Positions 19,977-29,689 of a stretch of 48,816 nt of DNA are shown here, in pieces. Position 1 is the first letter of the stretch. Each line of letters begins with the position of its first letter. The stretch is from a virus, in IMG/VR virus record IMGVR_UViG_3300027917_000023, one strand, 5' to 3'. The notes beneath the pieces were generated by a model, which saw nothing but the letters and a program-made list of their open reading frames with translations, had not been told where the DNA came from and did no database searches. Made by a program: the position numbers and the translations under genes.

Positions 19977-20990
19977 CTATCTGGAATTACGAAGCATGAC
20001 CAATGAGGTAGGTGTAGCTGGTTTCATATGCGCTTCGATATATTGTTGTGGATCTATGCCAGCCACTTTTAGGTCATTCCAGTCTTTATACGGGTCTTTA
20101 GGAAATGCGAAATATATTTCGAAGTATGGTCTCAACAGTTCATAATTATCCAGAACTGCATTTACACCAGGCCTTATACCCCTTGCGTCTGGTTGATCAT
20201 TATCACCACCAAGAATTACAACACTAGGGTTAAGTGATCTAGCCTTCCTAACCTGGCGTTTCGATATTGTTGCTCCCCCAGTAGCAACCGCTCCTGGGCC
20301 TATGCTTATTGAATCAATCGCAGCTTCCACAACAATTAGTGGATCTCCTGGTTCAGCATTGTCAAATCCATACAAAAATTCAGTTTTAGATGAGCCTTCT
20401 GGATATTCAAAAATCTTACCAACTAATGACCTCCGCATCCAATAAACCACCACACCAAATTCAACATACGGCAATATAATAGAAGTACTATCATAATGAA
20501 TAAAAGCCTGTTTTGCCTCTTCCAACGTTATAGCACGTGATTTTAAATAATTAACTGCCATATTATATGCAGTAGAGTCCGATTCATCCGCGATACTTCT
20601 GGCTGAGTTTGGCAATGCAACTTCAACTTCTTCTGGCAGCTTTTCTTCTGTCTCATTTTCTTTGTTGAAGAATGTTCTTGGATCAATTGCGATCCCACAT
20701 ACTTCCTTTACAGCATCTCGGTATGTGATGTTTTTATAATCAGAAACAAACCTGAAAAACGAGCCGTCATGTTCTTGATGCCCCGGTCTCCAATCATGAA
20801 CCCAATACCCCTTTCTTTTATCCTTTCCAGTACCTATCTCCTTTTCCACAAGACTTATATTAAAATGCTTGCCACTATCACCCCATGGATTAGCTATAAC
20901 AACTTCTACACCATTTTTCCTCACTTTATAGTCATCAAAATGCTTTTTTAACCAGGTGAGGATGTGATCACCAGTGAGATGCATATTCAT
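19977..20990 (-). CDS. DnaG-like primase / TOPRIM-domain protein
   Basis: 337-aa ORF. 'VNYLKSRAITLEEAKQAFIHYD' is a DnaG polymerase-domain-like motif. 'IVVEAAIDS' (E) and 'VVILGGDNDQPDARG' (DxD) form a TOPRIM. Confidence 0.5.
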   Translation of the reverse strand: MNMHLTGDHILTWLKKHFDDYKVRKNGVEVVIANPWGDSGKHFNISLVEKEIGTGKDKRKGYWVHDWRPGHQEHDGSFFRFVSDYKNITYRDAVKEVCGIAIDPRTFFNKENETEEKLPEEVEVALPNSARSIADESDSTAYNMAVNYLKSRAITLEEAKQAFIHYDSTSIILPYVEFGVVVYWMRRSLVGKIFEYPEGSSKTEFLYGFDNAEPGDPLIVVEAAIDSISIGPGAVATGGATISKRQVRKARSLNPSVVILGGDNDQPDARGIRPGVNAVLDNYELLRPYFEIYFAFPKDPYKDWNDLKVAGIDPQQYIEAHMKPATPTSLVMLRNSR

Positions 20991-20996
20991 GAAATA

Positions 20997-21341
20997 CTAC
21001 ACCGGCTTGTCTTTGGTGTACATTGGTGTAGGCGCGTCCATATTTGAATAATTTGTCATGGATGGCATAGTCGATGTTACATTGTACATCCATTTGATTC
21101 TCTTTCTGAGTTCATACGGTAACCCAGATAATGGGTGCTGTGTTTTGTGTAATAAGTCTAACTTGAGCTTCTTTGATTCAGTCGACAGTGAATGCTGGAG
21201 GACTGGTTTTTGCCGTATGGGGTTTTCCCTTTGGTTTAGATTGAAACCGACTTGTTGGCTTGACTCTGGTTCCCATGGCAAAGTATTCTTCGGAATCGGT
21301 AGTTCTTTGTTTTGAAATCCTGATTTCTTTTTCTTGGGCAT
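20997..21341 (-). CDS. Hypothetical protein (114 aa)
   Basis: ORF only. Confidence 0.45.
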   Translation of the reverse strand: MPKKKKSGFQNKELPIPKNTLPWEPESSQQVGFNLNQRENPIRQKPVLQHSLSTESKKLKLDLLHKTQHPLSGLPYELRKRIKWMYNVTSTMPSMTNYSNMDAPTPMYTKDKPV

Positions 21342-21342
21342 A

Positions 21343-22134
21343 TCAAGCCACTGTAAATCGCATGTCGCCGGAAGTCCTTGACTCGCCGTTAGGCAGCATA
21401 AGTGTTACGCGATACTTATATGTCCCAATGAGGAATTGTGCAGTGTCCACTTCATATTGTACAACATACGGAACCGTTCTATAGCTGCCCTGCTTCAGAC
21501 CTATCTTAGCAGGATCGTTTTCAACAAGCACTTCACCATTCTCAGTTTCGATGTGGATAAATGGTTGTATTTGCGGTATGAGTGGAACCACTCTGTTGTA
21601 ATCAAAATCGTACAGGGGCAATGGGATTATACCGACCTCCAGATTGCGGGCCTCTGGCTTCATAAAATGTTTATCTAGTGCTTCAAATCCGAGCCTGATT
21701 GTAACTAGCTCGTCATCCACGAACCAATTATCAGGGTAAACCCAAAACCTATTACACTGCTGAATCCAGGCAGATTCATCCTCATCGTCTACATCAATCG
21801 TCCCACCAGGTGATTCTCCAATAAACCTCCACACGTCAAAATAAACATCAGTATCCCAATCTGATGGTATATCAAGCGGTAAGTAATACTGCCCAGGAAG
21901 AGGATCGCCTGTGCTGCCAGCGTCTAGTTCCTGAATTACCGGATATGGATAAGTGGGATCACTCGGCAGTGGTATAATTATAGAAGCCTCAAGATTTTCG
22001 TCCCTCACAGACCCCTTATAAATATCTATCTGCCTTATAGCATATGGATCGGCTGCCTCACCATTATGATAAAATGTAACATCAAGCTTAACTATATTAT
22101 TAACTCTTCCTGATATTCTATTATATGTAGCCAC
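21343..22134 (-). CDS. Hypothetical virion protein (263 aa)
   Basis: ORF in the tail block. Confidence 0.5.
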   Translation of the reverse strand: MATYNRISGRVNNIVKLDVTFYHNGEAADPYAIRQIDIYKGSVRDENLEASIIIPLPSDPTYPYPVIQELDAGSTGDPLPGQYYLPLDIPSDWDTDVYFDVWRFIGESPGGTIDVDDEDESAWIQQCNRFWVYPDNWFVDDELVTIRLGFEALDKHFMKPEARNLEVGIIPLPLYDFDYNRVVPLIPQIQPFIHIETENGEVLVENDPAKIGLKQGSYRTVPYVVQYEVDTAQFLIGTYKYRVTLMLPNGESRTSGDMRFTVA

Positions 22135-22179
22135 AGCAATCCTCCAGATATTCTCAAATTATTTTTGATTATGGCGTGA

Positions 22180-22368
22180 CTAAATAGGCGGCTGTCCGGG
22201 AGTGTGATCTCGTTTACCAGCTGGCATATTTGTCGATTTGTTGTTGCTCTTTTCTATTTCTTCGTTAATACGCCTAATCCACCATCTGCGATCTTCAGCA
22301 CTCATTCTGTCTTGCTCTGCCAGAGACAGATTGCCATGATGTTTCAGCAGAAACGATTCATTCATCAA
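22180..22368 (-). CDS. Small hypothetical protein (62 aa)
   Basis: ORF filling the gap between neighbouring genes. Confidence 0.3.
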   Translation of the reverse strand: MMNESFLLKHHGNLSLAEQDRMSAEDRRWWIRRINEEIEKSNNKSTNMPAGKRDHTPGQPPI

Positions 22369-22378
22369 TGCCCAATAC

Positions 22379-23365
22379 TCATTCTCCAGAGTCTCCGGGT
22401 CCCGTTGGACGAAAAAAACTTTCGGTTATTGGTAAGTCCATCGTCATATTGTTCCCACATTCGCCGCATTCAACCTCTATGCTGGTTTCAATACCAGGTG
22501 AATTGTCACGTAGGAATTCCCTAATAGTAGCAGTATCTGCGGCATGCATCTTGTTGACTAGATTTTCAATCGTAGCCGGGCCACGGTCACCTAATGCTTC
22601 AACGATAACCATCCTAAGGTTTTCACTTACACTCTGATCAAGTTCCTCCTTAGACGGTGCACTACTTTTAACAGCCTTTGCCCTAGATCTTGCCCTGGCC
22701 CTAGCTGTAGGCCTGATCTTTCTTCCAATCCTACGCTGTTGCATAATCGCAGCAAGATCATACCCCCTTAACAACCTGACTCCAACCCAGAAATTAATTT
22801 TCTCTCCCATTTCTGTTGACGCCAACTTACTCATATATGGCAGAGTGACTTTAAATGGCTCACTCCCAAGCTCCGGGTTCGGGCGCATGATAGTAGAGGC
22901 CAGCAAATTCAAGTCGTATGTCTCTGTCCATACGTTCGTACAATCCTCATTGCTGCATTCAACTAGAAATTCATACATATTGCCATATGTGATGCCCCTG
23001 AGGTAATATAGCAGGAACACTCTATCGCCAACTAATAGGTTCATGTGGTCAAATTCGTTTGGCAGCCTTACGCAATTCTTAATGACATAATCCAATGCCT
23101 GCCCTGTCTGTGCCAAACGCTGAGTGGCAAGAATTTTGTCTGTATTAATGCCCCATGCTCTAACTTCAACCTCGCCGTTTGGAATTTGGCCATCATAATA
23201 CACGCCAAGACTAGGTAACACAGTCTTTTCCCATGGAATTATATCTTCGCTAGTTTTAGCCAAAACCCTACTAAGAATTTCCTGTTCTTTAGTCTTATCT
23301 GTCTTAGCACTGGTATCAGCATGTTCTTCGGTGTGCTCAGATTCACCCGGCATATTATCCTCCAT
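22379..23365 (-). CDS. Hypothetical protein (328 aa)
   Basis: ORF with an Arg/Ala-rich C-terminal stretch. Confidence 0.5.
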   Translation of the reverse strand: MEDNMPGESEHTEEHADTSAKTDKTKEQEILSRVLAKTSEDIIPWEKTVLPSLGVYYDGQIPNGEVEVRAWGINTDKILATQRLAQTGQALDYVIKNCVRLPNEFDHMNLLVGDRVFLLYYLRGITYGNMYEFLVECSNEDCTNVWTETYDLNLLASTIMRPNPELGSEPFKVTLPYMSKLASTEMGEKINFWVGVRLLRGYDLAAIMQQRRIGRKIRPTARARARSRAKAVKSSAPSKEELDQSVSENLRMVIVEALGDRGPATIENLVNKMHAADTATIREFLRDNSPGIETSIEVECGECGNNMTMDLPITESFFRPTGPGDSGE

Positions 23366-23401
23366 ATTAAATGCTATCTGTATTTACTCGTAGGTGTGAA
23401 T

Positions 23402-23980
23402 TTATGGAAGGGTCGCCACTGGGCCAATAACTCCACCAGAAGCTGCGCCAACTTCTGGGTATTCAATCCAATCATAAGATACCGTCACTGTGATCAATTT
23501 GAATTCGCTACTATCATACGTTAGTTCACCATGGTTGATGATCTTTGGCCATGCATTTTTGAATAACCAAGAACTATCGACTGGATTACCTCGCCCGTCC
23601 GTTAGATATAATTGAACTTCTGATTTATAATCGTTAGGTTTACCAACCCCCCTATCTGTACCCCATACTAATGATTGCCATTCTCTTATTTTAGGTTCCA
23701 GACCTTCGAGATCATAAAAAGCTACCACCAAATCACTAAATTTTGGTTGAGTCGCAAATTTATATGCTATCGAACCTCCTAGAACTTCTTTCTCAGAGAA
23801 ACCAATAGTCGGCATCTCTACGGACTTGGCAAATAGCATCTCATTTGGTGTAAGGATTGGGTTGCCAAGTATGTCGGAGCCGAATTTGTATATACGCCAA
23901 CGATGTGCTCGTTTGACGTCCTTTTCAAACGCGACGGAATTGATGTCGTCTGCGTTTGGTCCGATCCTAAATCCTGGCAT
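23402..23980 (-). CDS. Tail tube protein (paralog 2)
   Basis: 192-aa ORF immediately downstream of a paralog that also starts MPGF, next to the sheath gene. Confidence 0.5.
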   Translation of the reverse strand: MPGFRIGPNADDINSVAFEKDVKRAHRWRIYKFGSDILGNPILTPNEMLFAKSVEMPTIGFSEKEVLGGSIAYKFATQPKFSDLVVAFYDLEGLEPKIREWQSLVWGTDRGVGKPNDYKSEVQLYLTDGRGNPVDSSWLFKNAWPKIINHGELTYDSSEFKLITVTVSYDWIEYPEVGAASGGVIGPVATLP

Positions 23981-23982
23981 TA

Positions 23983-24501
23983 TTACCCAGTTTCACGTGT
24001 GGCTCTATCGAACCTGATTTTAACTTCAATAACCTGAAGCTCACTGCTGGTGTAATCCAGGTCTGACCAGTTGGTATCCTGTGGCCACGTGTTGTATAAG
24101 GTCCACTTTTCAGTTGCTGTTCCTTGGCCATCGGTCATGCTAATAGTAGTCTGTTTCTTATAATCCCTCGGAGGAGCTACCGTAGCCTGTGGAACAGTTG
24201 ATACCTGCTGAGTCCAGTCCCAAATAGCCTTACTAGCATCTGGGTCTTGTTCAACATCATACCATGTAAGGGTTATTGGCTGCCATTCCGTACGTCCAGC
24301 GTAGTAGGCTCTTTCCTGGTCGTGATGCATCACAGCTTCTTCAAACTGATATTGCGGTCTAGCTGATTTCTGCAAATACACCACAATCCTTCGCATGTCG
24401 GATGGCTCATCGATTGTCCATAGCCATCTATGCTTCCTGCGGACTTCCGCTAAAGCATTAGGATTGTTGCTGCTAGCTTGGTCGATAGAAAAACCAGGCA
24501 T
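23983..24501 (-). CDS. Tail tube protein (paralog 1)
   Basis: 172-aa ORF directly downstream of the sheath. N-terminus MPGFSID resembles MPGFRIG of the neighbouring ORF. Confidence 0.5.
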   Translation of the reverse strand: MPGFSIDQASSNNPNALAEVRRKHRWLWTIDEPSDMRRIVVYLQKSARPQYQFEEAVMHHDQERAYYAGRTEWQPITLTWYDVEQDPDASKAIWDWTQQVSTVPQATVAPPRDYKKQTTISMTDGQGTATEKWTLYNTWPQDTNWSDLDYTSSELQVIEVKIRFDRATRETG

Positions 24502-24516
24502 CGCGTTCTCCTCTCA

Positions 24517-27396
24517 TTACTGCGCGATTACGACTCCACCGGCCTGGAGGACTTCTTCGGACGTGAAGCTCTGTTCCGTCCTCATCACCACCAGGTTCAA
24601 CACGATGAATTCTGCAGCCCTCGTAGGCTTGATGAAGACCGAGACCCACAGCTCGTTCCGATCGATTCTTTCAGGAGTATTGTTCGTCTCGTCGCAGACG
24701 ATCTTGTATGCCGTCACACCCCTTCTAGACATTACGTCATTAAGGAGCGGATTCAGTGTGTTCACAACCGCAAGACGCAGGAATCTGTCGTTAGGCTCGA
24801 AGAGGAAGAATCTAAGCGTCCTGATTAAAATTTTCTTGAGGTAAATCAGTAGCATCCTGACGTTGATTCTGTCAAGAGCGCTGTCCACCCTCTGCAACGT
24901 TCTCTGGCCCCAGATCGTAATGCCATCCTGCGGGAAGTTCACGATGGGATTGACGGCGTTATTGAAGCCGTAGAGGAGATCCCTCTCGCCCTGTGTCGGG
25001 CTGTATTCAACATCCAGGGCCGTTAACAAGTGCCCCCTGTTGAGACCGGCTGGTGCAAACCACATCTCGGCCTCACGGCTCGTCCTGGCGATAACCTGAG
25101 CGGCATAACCGGACGGCGGGATAAAGATTTCACCACCATTAAACTGATCGAAAATCTTCAGCCATGACCAGTGTAATGCACCGTAGCTTGAATTGATAGC
25201 GGCTGAAAGATCGCTCAGCAGCATACCATTATGCCAGTCAACGACCTGTTGCGGCCTGAGACCAAATGGCGGGTCGATCAGATAAAGACAGTCACCACGG
25301 CTCTCGCACAACTGGAGGCCTTGAGCAATGACCGATCCAGAGCTATTCCCAGGAATGCTCAAGAGCGTAATGTCAATCGTCTCAGGATTGGCGAGTGAGT
25401 AAATCCCAGTGGCCAAGGCCGGGTTTCCAATGATTGCCCTATCCAGCTCAGAGCTGTAAGCCGGATCGGTCGGGATGCCGTTGGCTGCACCAGTAAAGGC
25501 CTTGTTGGCGAACAGGCCCGGCTGCCTCACCTCAAGGCTGGTTGGATCAGTAAGATCGTTGCCAAGGTAAGTAGGCCTCTCCTCCCAATTGATCCATTTG
25601 TTACCATTTATACCACCGTAATTGGAATCAGGATTGATAATGTTGGCGATGTACCTATCGGCCAGCTGATCGAATGAAACCTCATCAATTCTTTCGACCT
25701 CAATTCCAGCCGAGTCAAAAATCCTGATCGTATATGTCCCAGGTTCATCGTTGAAATTCTCCAGGGTCATCACGTAGTCATTGATCCACGTGCCTGGCGT
25801 CTTAGCAACAAAAAATCCGACAATGTTCTGGAAGTAAGCTGAGTCAGCAGCACACTCGTCGCTAGCTGGATCAGTTTCACATGAAAGAGGTGAAGATGGA
25901 GTTACTGACCCACCTGTAGGCATTACAACCCTTAGGTCAGAGAATGGGGTGTAAGACCTTGTGTATGGGAATGGGATATCAAGCTCTTCCGCAAACCTCA
26001 GCGTCTGAATGTGGCTGTAATCTGCCTGCATCTTCAGGTTATCAAATTGATGGCCAACAGAAGTAACAATCGTCACTTTGTAATCATCATCCGTAACCTG
26101 CAGAGCGAATGCCTCATAATATCTATCGCCACCAGTGACACCACCGATGTCGAGATAACCCGCCACCGTCGATGCTGTGAGGCCGAGACCTACCGGAATT
26201 GTCGTCTCAAGCTCGGTAGTCTCATCTTCACCAACCGCCAGGATGTTCACCCTGTTATTTGCAGATGTGATGTTGAACGGTCCAGTATCTTCACCCATCA
26301 GATAGCTTCTAGGGATGTCATAAGCCCACTTGGAAATACCAACTTCCAGAGCCCATGCCTCCGTGTCTACCACCTGGATCCGCTCGCCAGCTGTGTCAGT
26401 TCTTAAGCAAATTTCCTCGGCACCAGATTCACACGCAGTAGACTGATCTACATAAACTGCTCTAAAATCTACACCAGCACCAACCAGCGTGTTGATCGCG
26501 TCGGCGAGGTCAGAGCCTGAAGTATAGGTGTCACCATCGGTGAAACAGAAGCTGCCCTGGCTAACACCTTCGACCTCGACTTCAAAACACCTGTTGTCCG
26601 GACGTGCCTTAAAGCAGAATGTGTCTCCCTCTTCAATCGGGGAAGAACCCGTAACCACAATGGACGTGATCAGGCATGTATCATCATCCCCAGATCCAAT
26701 AGGAATTGGTGTCGAGGTGCCGGGAACGGCACTCTCCACGATCGTACCGGAGGAAATAATAGCACCATCGCTATTCCTAATAATTTCATATTCGGCACCG
26801 TCGATTGTAGATCCACTTGATTCATCCGGCCCCTTGGTGATCAAAATGCAGAAGCTATCATCAATAGATCCACAGTAATCATCACTGAGGCCACTGGCAG
26901 AAAATGTCAAAGTGGCATCGGTCGGGCCAAATGTCGTACTAACATCGATATCATTGTATTCGATATCGAAAACGTCAGCCGCATGGAATTCAACAGGGCT
27001 GGCCGCTGTTGGGACACGTAGGCAGATTTTGCCGAAATCAATGCCAGAATAAACAGCAATCCTACCCCACCCAGTGGTCTTGGCACCAGTCGTGTCAATG
27101 CAGATACAGGCCAGATCGCTGACCTGACCATCTTCGCATTCAACACCAACACGCAGGACCCAGGCACCATTGCCTTCTTCAAGATATGCGATTACAGCAT
27201 ACCCGAGGTTGGACTCCTGGATTGGTTCGCCGAAGACGTCGATAAACTGCTCAGCATTGGTGATAAACGTCGGATCATTGATAGGACCTTTCTTGGCCGT
27301 ACCAATGAACGCAGGGATGATATCGCTATTCTGAGCCGGTAATACACTGATATCGACTTCCCGCGCAAAAACCCCAGGGCTAAGGAAGACTGCCAT
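24517..27396 (-). CDS. Tail sheath protein
   Basis: 959-aa ORF upstream of the tube genes, with strong SD ggagga. Confidence 0.65.
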   Translation of the reverse strand: MAVFLSPGVFAREVDISVLPAQNSDIIPAFIGTAKKGPINDPTFITNAEQFIDVFGEPIQESNLGYAVIAYLEEGNGAWVLRVGVECEDGQVSDLACICIDTTGAKTTGWGRIAVYSGIDFGKICLRVPTAASPVEFHAADVFDIEYNDIDVSTTFGPTDATLTFSASGLSDDYCGSIDDSFCILITKGPDESSGSTIDGAEYEIIRNSDGAIISSGTIVESAVPGTSTPIPIGSGDDDTCLITSIVVTGSSPIEEGDTFCFKARPDNRCFEVEVEGVSQGSFCFTDGDTYTSGSDLADAINTLVGAGVDFRAVYVDQSTACESGAEEICLRTDTAGERIQVVDTEAWALEVGISKWAYDIPRSYLMGEDTGPFNITSANNRVNILAVGEDETTELETTIPVGLGLTASTVAGYLDIGGVTGGDRYYEAFALQVTDDDYKVTIVTSVGHQFDNLKMQADYSHIQTLRFAEELDIPFPYTRSYTPFSDLRVVMPTGGSVTPSSPLSCETDPASDECAADSAYFQNIVGFFVAKTPGTWINDYVMTLENFNDEPGTYTIRIFDSAGIEVERIDEVSFDQLADRYIANIINPDSNYGGINGNKWINWEERPTYLGNDLTDPTSLEVRQPGLFANKAFTGAANGIPTDPAYSSELDRAIIGNPALATGIYSLANPETIDITLLSIPGNSSGSVIAQGLQLCESRGDCLYLIDPPFGLRPQQVVDWHNGMLLSDLSAAINSSYGALHWSWLKIFDQFNGGEIFIPPSGYAAQVIARTSREAEMWFAPAGLNRGHLLTALDVEYSPTQGERDLLYGFNNAVNPIVNFPQDGITIWGQRTLQRVDSALDRINVRMLLIYLKKILIRTLRFFLFEPNDRFLRLAVVNTLNPLLNDVMSRRGVTAYKIVCDETNNTPERIDRNELWVSVFIKPTRAAEFIVLNLVVMRTEQSFTSEEVLQAGGVVIAQ

Positions 27397-27479
27397 CTTG
27401 TTTCCTCCGATAGCTTAGTCAAATTTTCTGTAATATGTTTGCTTCTAAATTATTCCATCTGCCACTTTACTTTTGACAG

Positions 27480-27782
27480 CTATCTTGCAGCTTCAATTCT
27501 TATTCTGCCAGACTTCTGCAGGTTCCGCAGCTGCTCGTCTCTTAACCTGCTCTTGGGAAATCTTCCAGACTTACCTTTATAAAGATTGATGGTCTGCTCA
27601 CCCTGGAAGAAATCCACCCCGACAGGTGGTCGAAGCTGAATCGGGATTAGCTGTTTGGATATGTTATAAATCATAACAAATCCTTCGTTCTCGCGCTGTC
27701 TCTTGGTTTGCCTAATTTCGCGTTGCGTCAGGGGCCTCTTAGCCATCATCATTCTCCTCAATTGGGGATGCTGTAGTTCCAC
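27480..27782 (-). CDS. Hypothetical protein (100 aa)
   Basis: ORF. Overlaps the upstream gene by 44 nt, so the start may be internal. Confidence 0.4.
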   Translation of the reverse strand: MELQHPQLRRMMMAKRPLTQREIRQTKRQRENEGFVMIYNISKQLIPIQLRPPVGVDFFQGEQTINLYKGKSGRFPKSRLRDEQLRNLQKSGRIRIEAAR

Positions 27783-28617
27783 CTATGAGACCAGCATTAA
27801 TACCGCCAGTCTCATTAAACTCTGCTATATCTAGAATTACACCACTATCTTCAGCAACTATACCAACTCTGCCAAGTATTGTCGGCACGACTTTTTCTGG
27901 CAACGGCAGCCATGCTTCCCACGTTGAACTCAAATCATATCTCACCTTGGCCAATTCGTTAGCGCCAATATCAATATCGCTGCTGTCAGTAACATCTCCT
28001 AGTTTTCCTCTGATGTTCCCTTTGACTGTTTCGTACTCTATCTTCAATTCGGCTAGTGGGTTAAATCTTGTGACTATCTGATAGGTAGCATATTCAACAT
28101 CTCTTTTTCTTTCACCCCATATCGAAAAAGTGTAATCAACTTGGCACGGCCATGGTCTATACATAAGGGCCGCTCTGCTACCGTCACTATTCACAAATCG
28201 CTGCTTAGTCCACCGATATGGCGGCGTAAATCTGGTAGCATCCCATCTGAACCCAGTCCTGTTTATAGACATAACAGGCAACTGAATCCTATTCGCATCT
28301 AGTTGCTGCTTCCAATACAAGAAAGTTTTGTCGCCACCGGCTATTCTAACCTTCATTTCTCTCTGGTCGTCTTTTGTTGGAATTATGATTCCGCTGAAGT
28401 ACTTCAACACACCTTCATCAACGCCATAGAATCCAATCGGTAAGATGCTTCTAATGTCTTCTGGGGTATTGGTGTTGATCGGATCGAATGTTATAGTTGT
28501 TTCTTTATCTAAATCCGGATGCCCAGGTATCTTCTTTGGTATAGACGGAGTAGTTTCAGTCACCTGGCCTGCAGTATGTGGTTTCCTTGGTCTGAATGAA
28601 AAATCATGTACTGGCAT
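27739..28617 (-). CDS. Hypothetical virion protein (292 aa)
   Basis: ORF only. Confidence 0.5.
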   Translation of the reverse strand: MPVHDFSFRPRKPHTAGQVTETTPSIPKKIPGHPDLDKETTITFDPINTNTPEDIRSILPIGFYGVDEGVLKYFSGIIIPTKDDQREMKVRIAGGDKTFLYWKQQLDANRIQLPVMSINRTGFRWDATRFTPPYRWTKQRFVNSDGSRAALMYRPWPCQVDYTFSIWGERKRDVEYATYQIVTRFNPLAELKIEYETVKGNIRGKLGDVTDSSDIDIGANELAKVRYDLSSTWEAWLPLPEKVVPTILGRVGIVAEDSGVILDIAEFNETGGINAGLIGGTTASPIEENDDG

Positions 28618-29069
28618 TACTTAGCCTTATTCCTAACAGTTTCCCTGTGTTTATTTATTATATCGGCGAATTCATTCCTCATGAGTGATTTCAACCTGCC
28701 CCACGGCCTACATCCAAAAGTTTCTTGTAATTTAGCTGATCGTTCTAATTTGCCATCTTTGTCATGACCATCAAAGTCAAGCCAAATCCTAGCGATCCTA
28801 ATATCGCCATCGCTTGAGTACATCTCGTTCAGATATCTTATTAAATTTTCTGGTGCTTCATCATCGGTAAACTCTTCACCAGTAACAGGATCCTTGATCT
28901 CTTGACCATCAATCTGTAATGGCCAAAAGGCCGGACAAATCTTGGTGTAGACATTTCTTATAAAGTTACTTGAATAATCAAGCGCCAACGATATAGTATG
29001 GTCGGCGGCTGAGTTTATACTATCTCTCAGCCTGTTGACCAAATCATCCTGGTTTCTTACATTGATCAT
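28617..29069 (-). CDS. Hypothetical protein (150 aa)
   Basis: ORF coupled to its neighbours by a 1-nt overlap. Confidence 0.5.
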   Translation of the reverse strand: MINVRNQDDLVNRLRDSINSAADHTISLALDYSSNFIRNVYTKICPAFWPLQIDGQEIKDPVTGEEFTDDEAPENLIRYLNEMYSSDGDIRIARIWLDFDGHDKDGKLERSAKLQETFGCRPWGRLKSLMRNEFADIINKHRETVRNKAK

Positions 29070-29689
29070 TCGTGTAAAACCTGTACAGCCTTATCGCCAG
29101 TAAGCAATTCGGTTTCAGCCGTGTAGTATAACCAACGATACCAGAAATTCCCAGAGTCATACACATTTAATACCCTGAAGTACATAGGGTTCCTATTAGG
29201 ATCAAGAAGCACTTTGGCCGCATTATACGGCACTTTTATTACATCACCAAGCGCAAGTAACCGGCTATTCAATTTTTCTACAAGAGTCCCCCTGTGGAAA
29301 ACTATTGATAATTTTAATGGGTTATCAATGCCCCACCTGGTTAATTCATATGCCACTGTATCAAGCTTTATGTAAGCCTTCATCTCAATGCCGGATCTGT
29401 AGATCGGATCGGCATCTTCCTCCCACACCTCAATCTCTTCGCTATCGGCCTTCACTTCTTTCAGATAAACCGTCACCCAAGCACCATTAATGTTTATAAG
29501 TTCAGCCGACAATCTCTCTGCATAAGCAATATCAGGTTTTTCATGATCATATATTGCAAGCGGGGTAAATTGCTGCTCGACAGAACTGCGAAAATCAGGT
29601 ATGGAGTCAAACGTTGACACCTGTTCATTCTTAGAATTAAAATTATACACTGGCATCGAACAGTCCTTCGGCCCCACAGTTACTAGCAA
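29066..29689 (-). CDS. Hypothetical protein (207 aa)
   Basis: ORF only. Confidence 0.5.
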   Translation of the reverse strand: MLVTVGPKDCSMPVYNFNSKNEQVSTFDSIPDFRSSVEQQFTPLAIYDHEKPDIAYAERLSAELININGAWVTVYLKEVKADSEEIEVWEEDADPIYRSGIEMKAYIKLDTVAYELTRWGIDNPLKLSIVFHRGTLVEKLNSRLLALGDVIKVPYNAAKVLLDPNRNPMYFRVLNVYDSGNFWYRWLYYTAETELLTGDKAVQVLHE

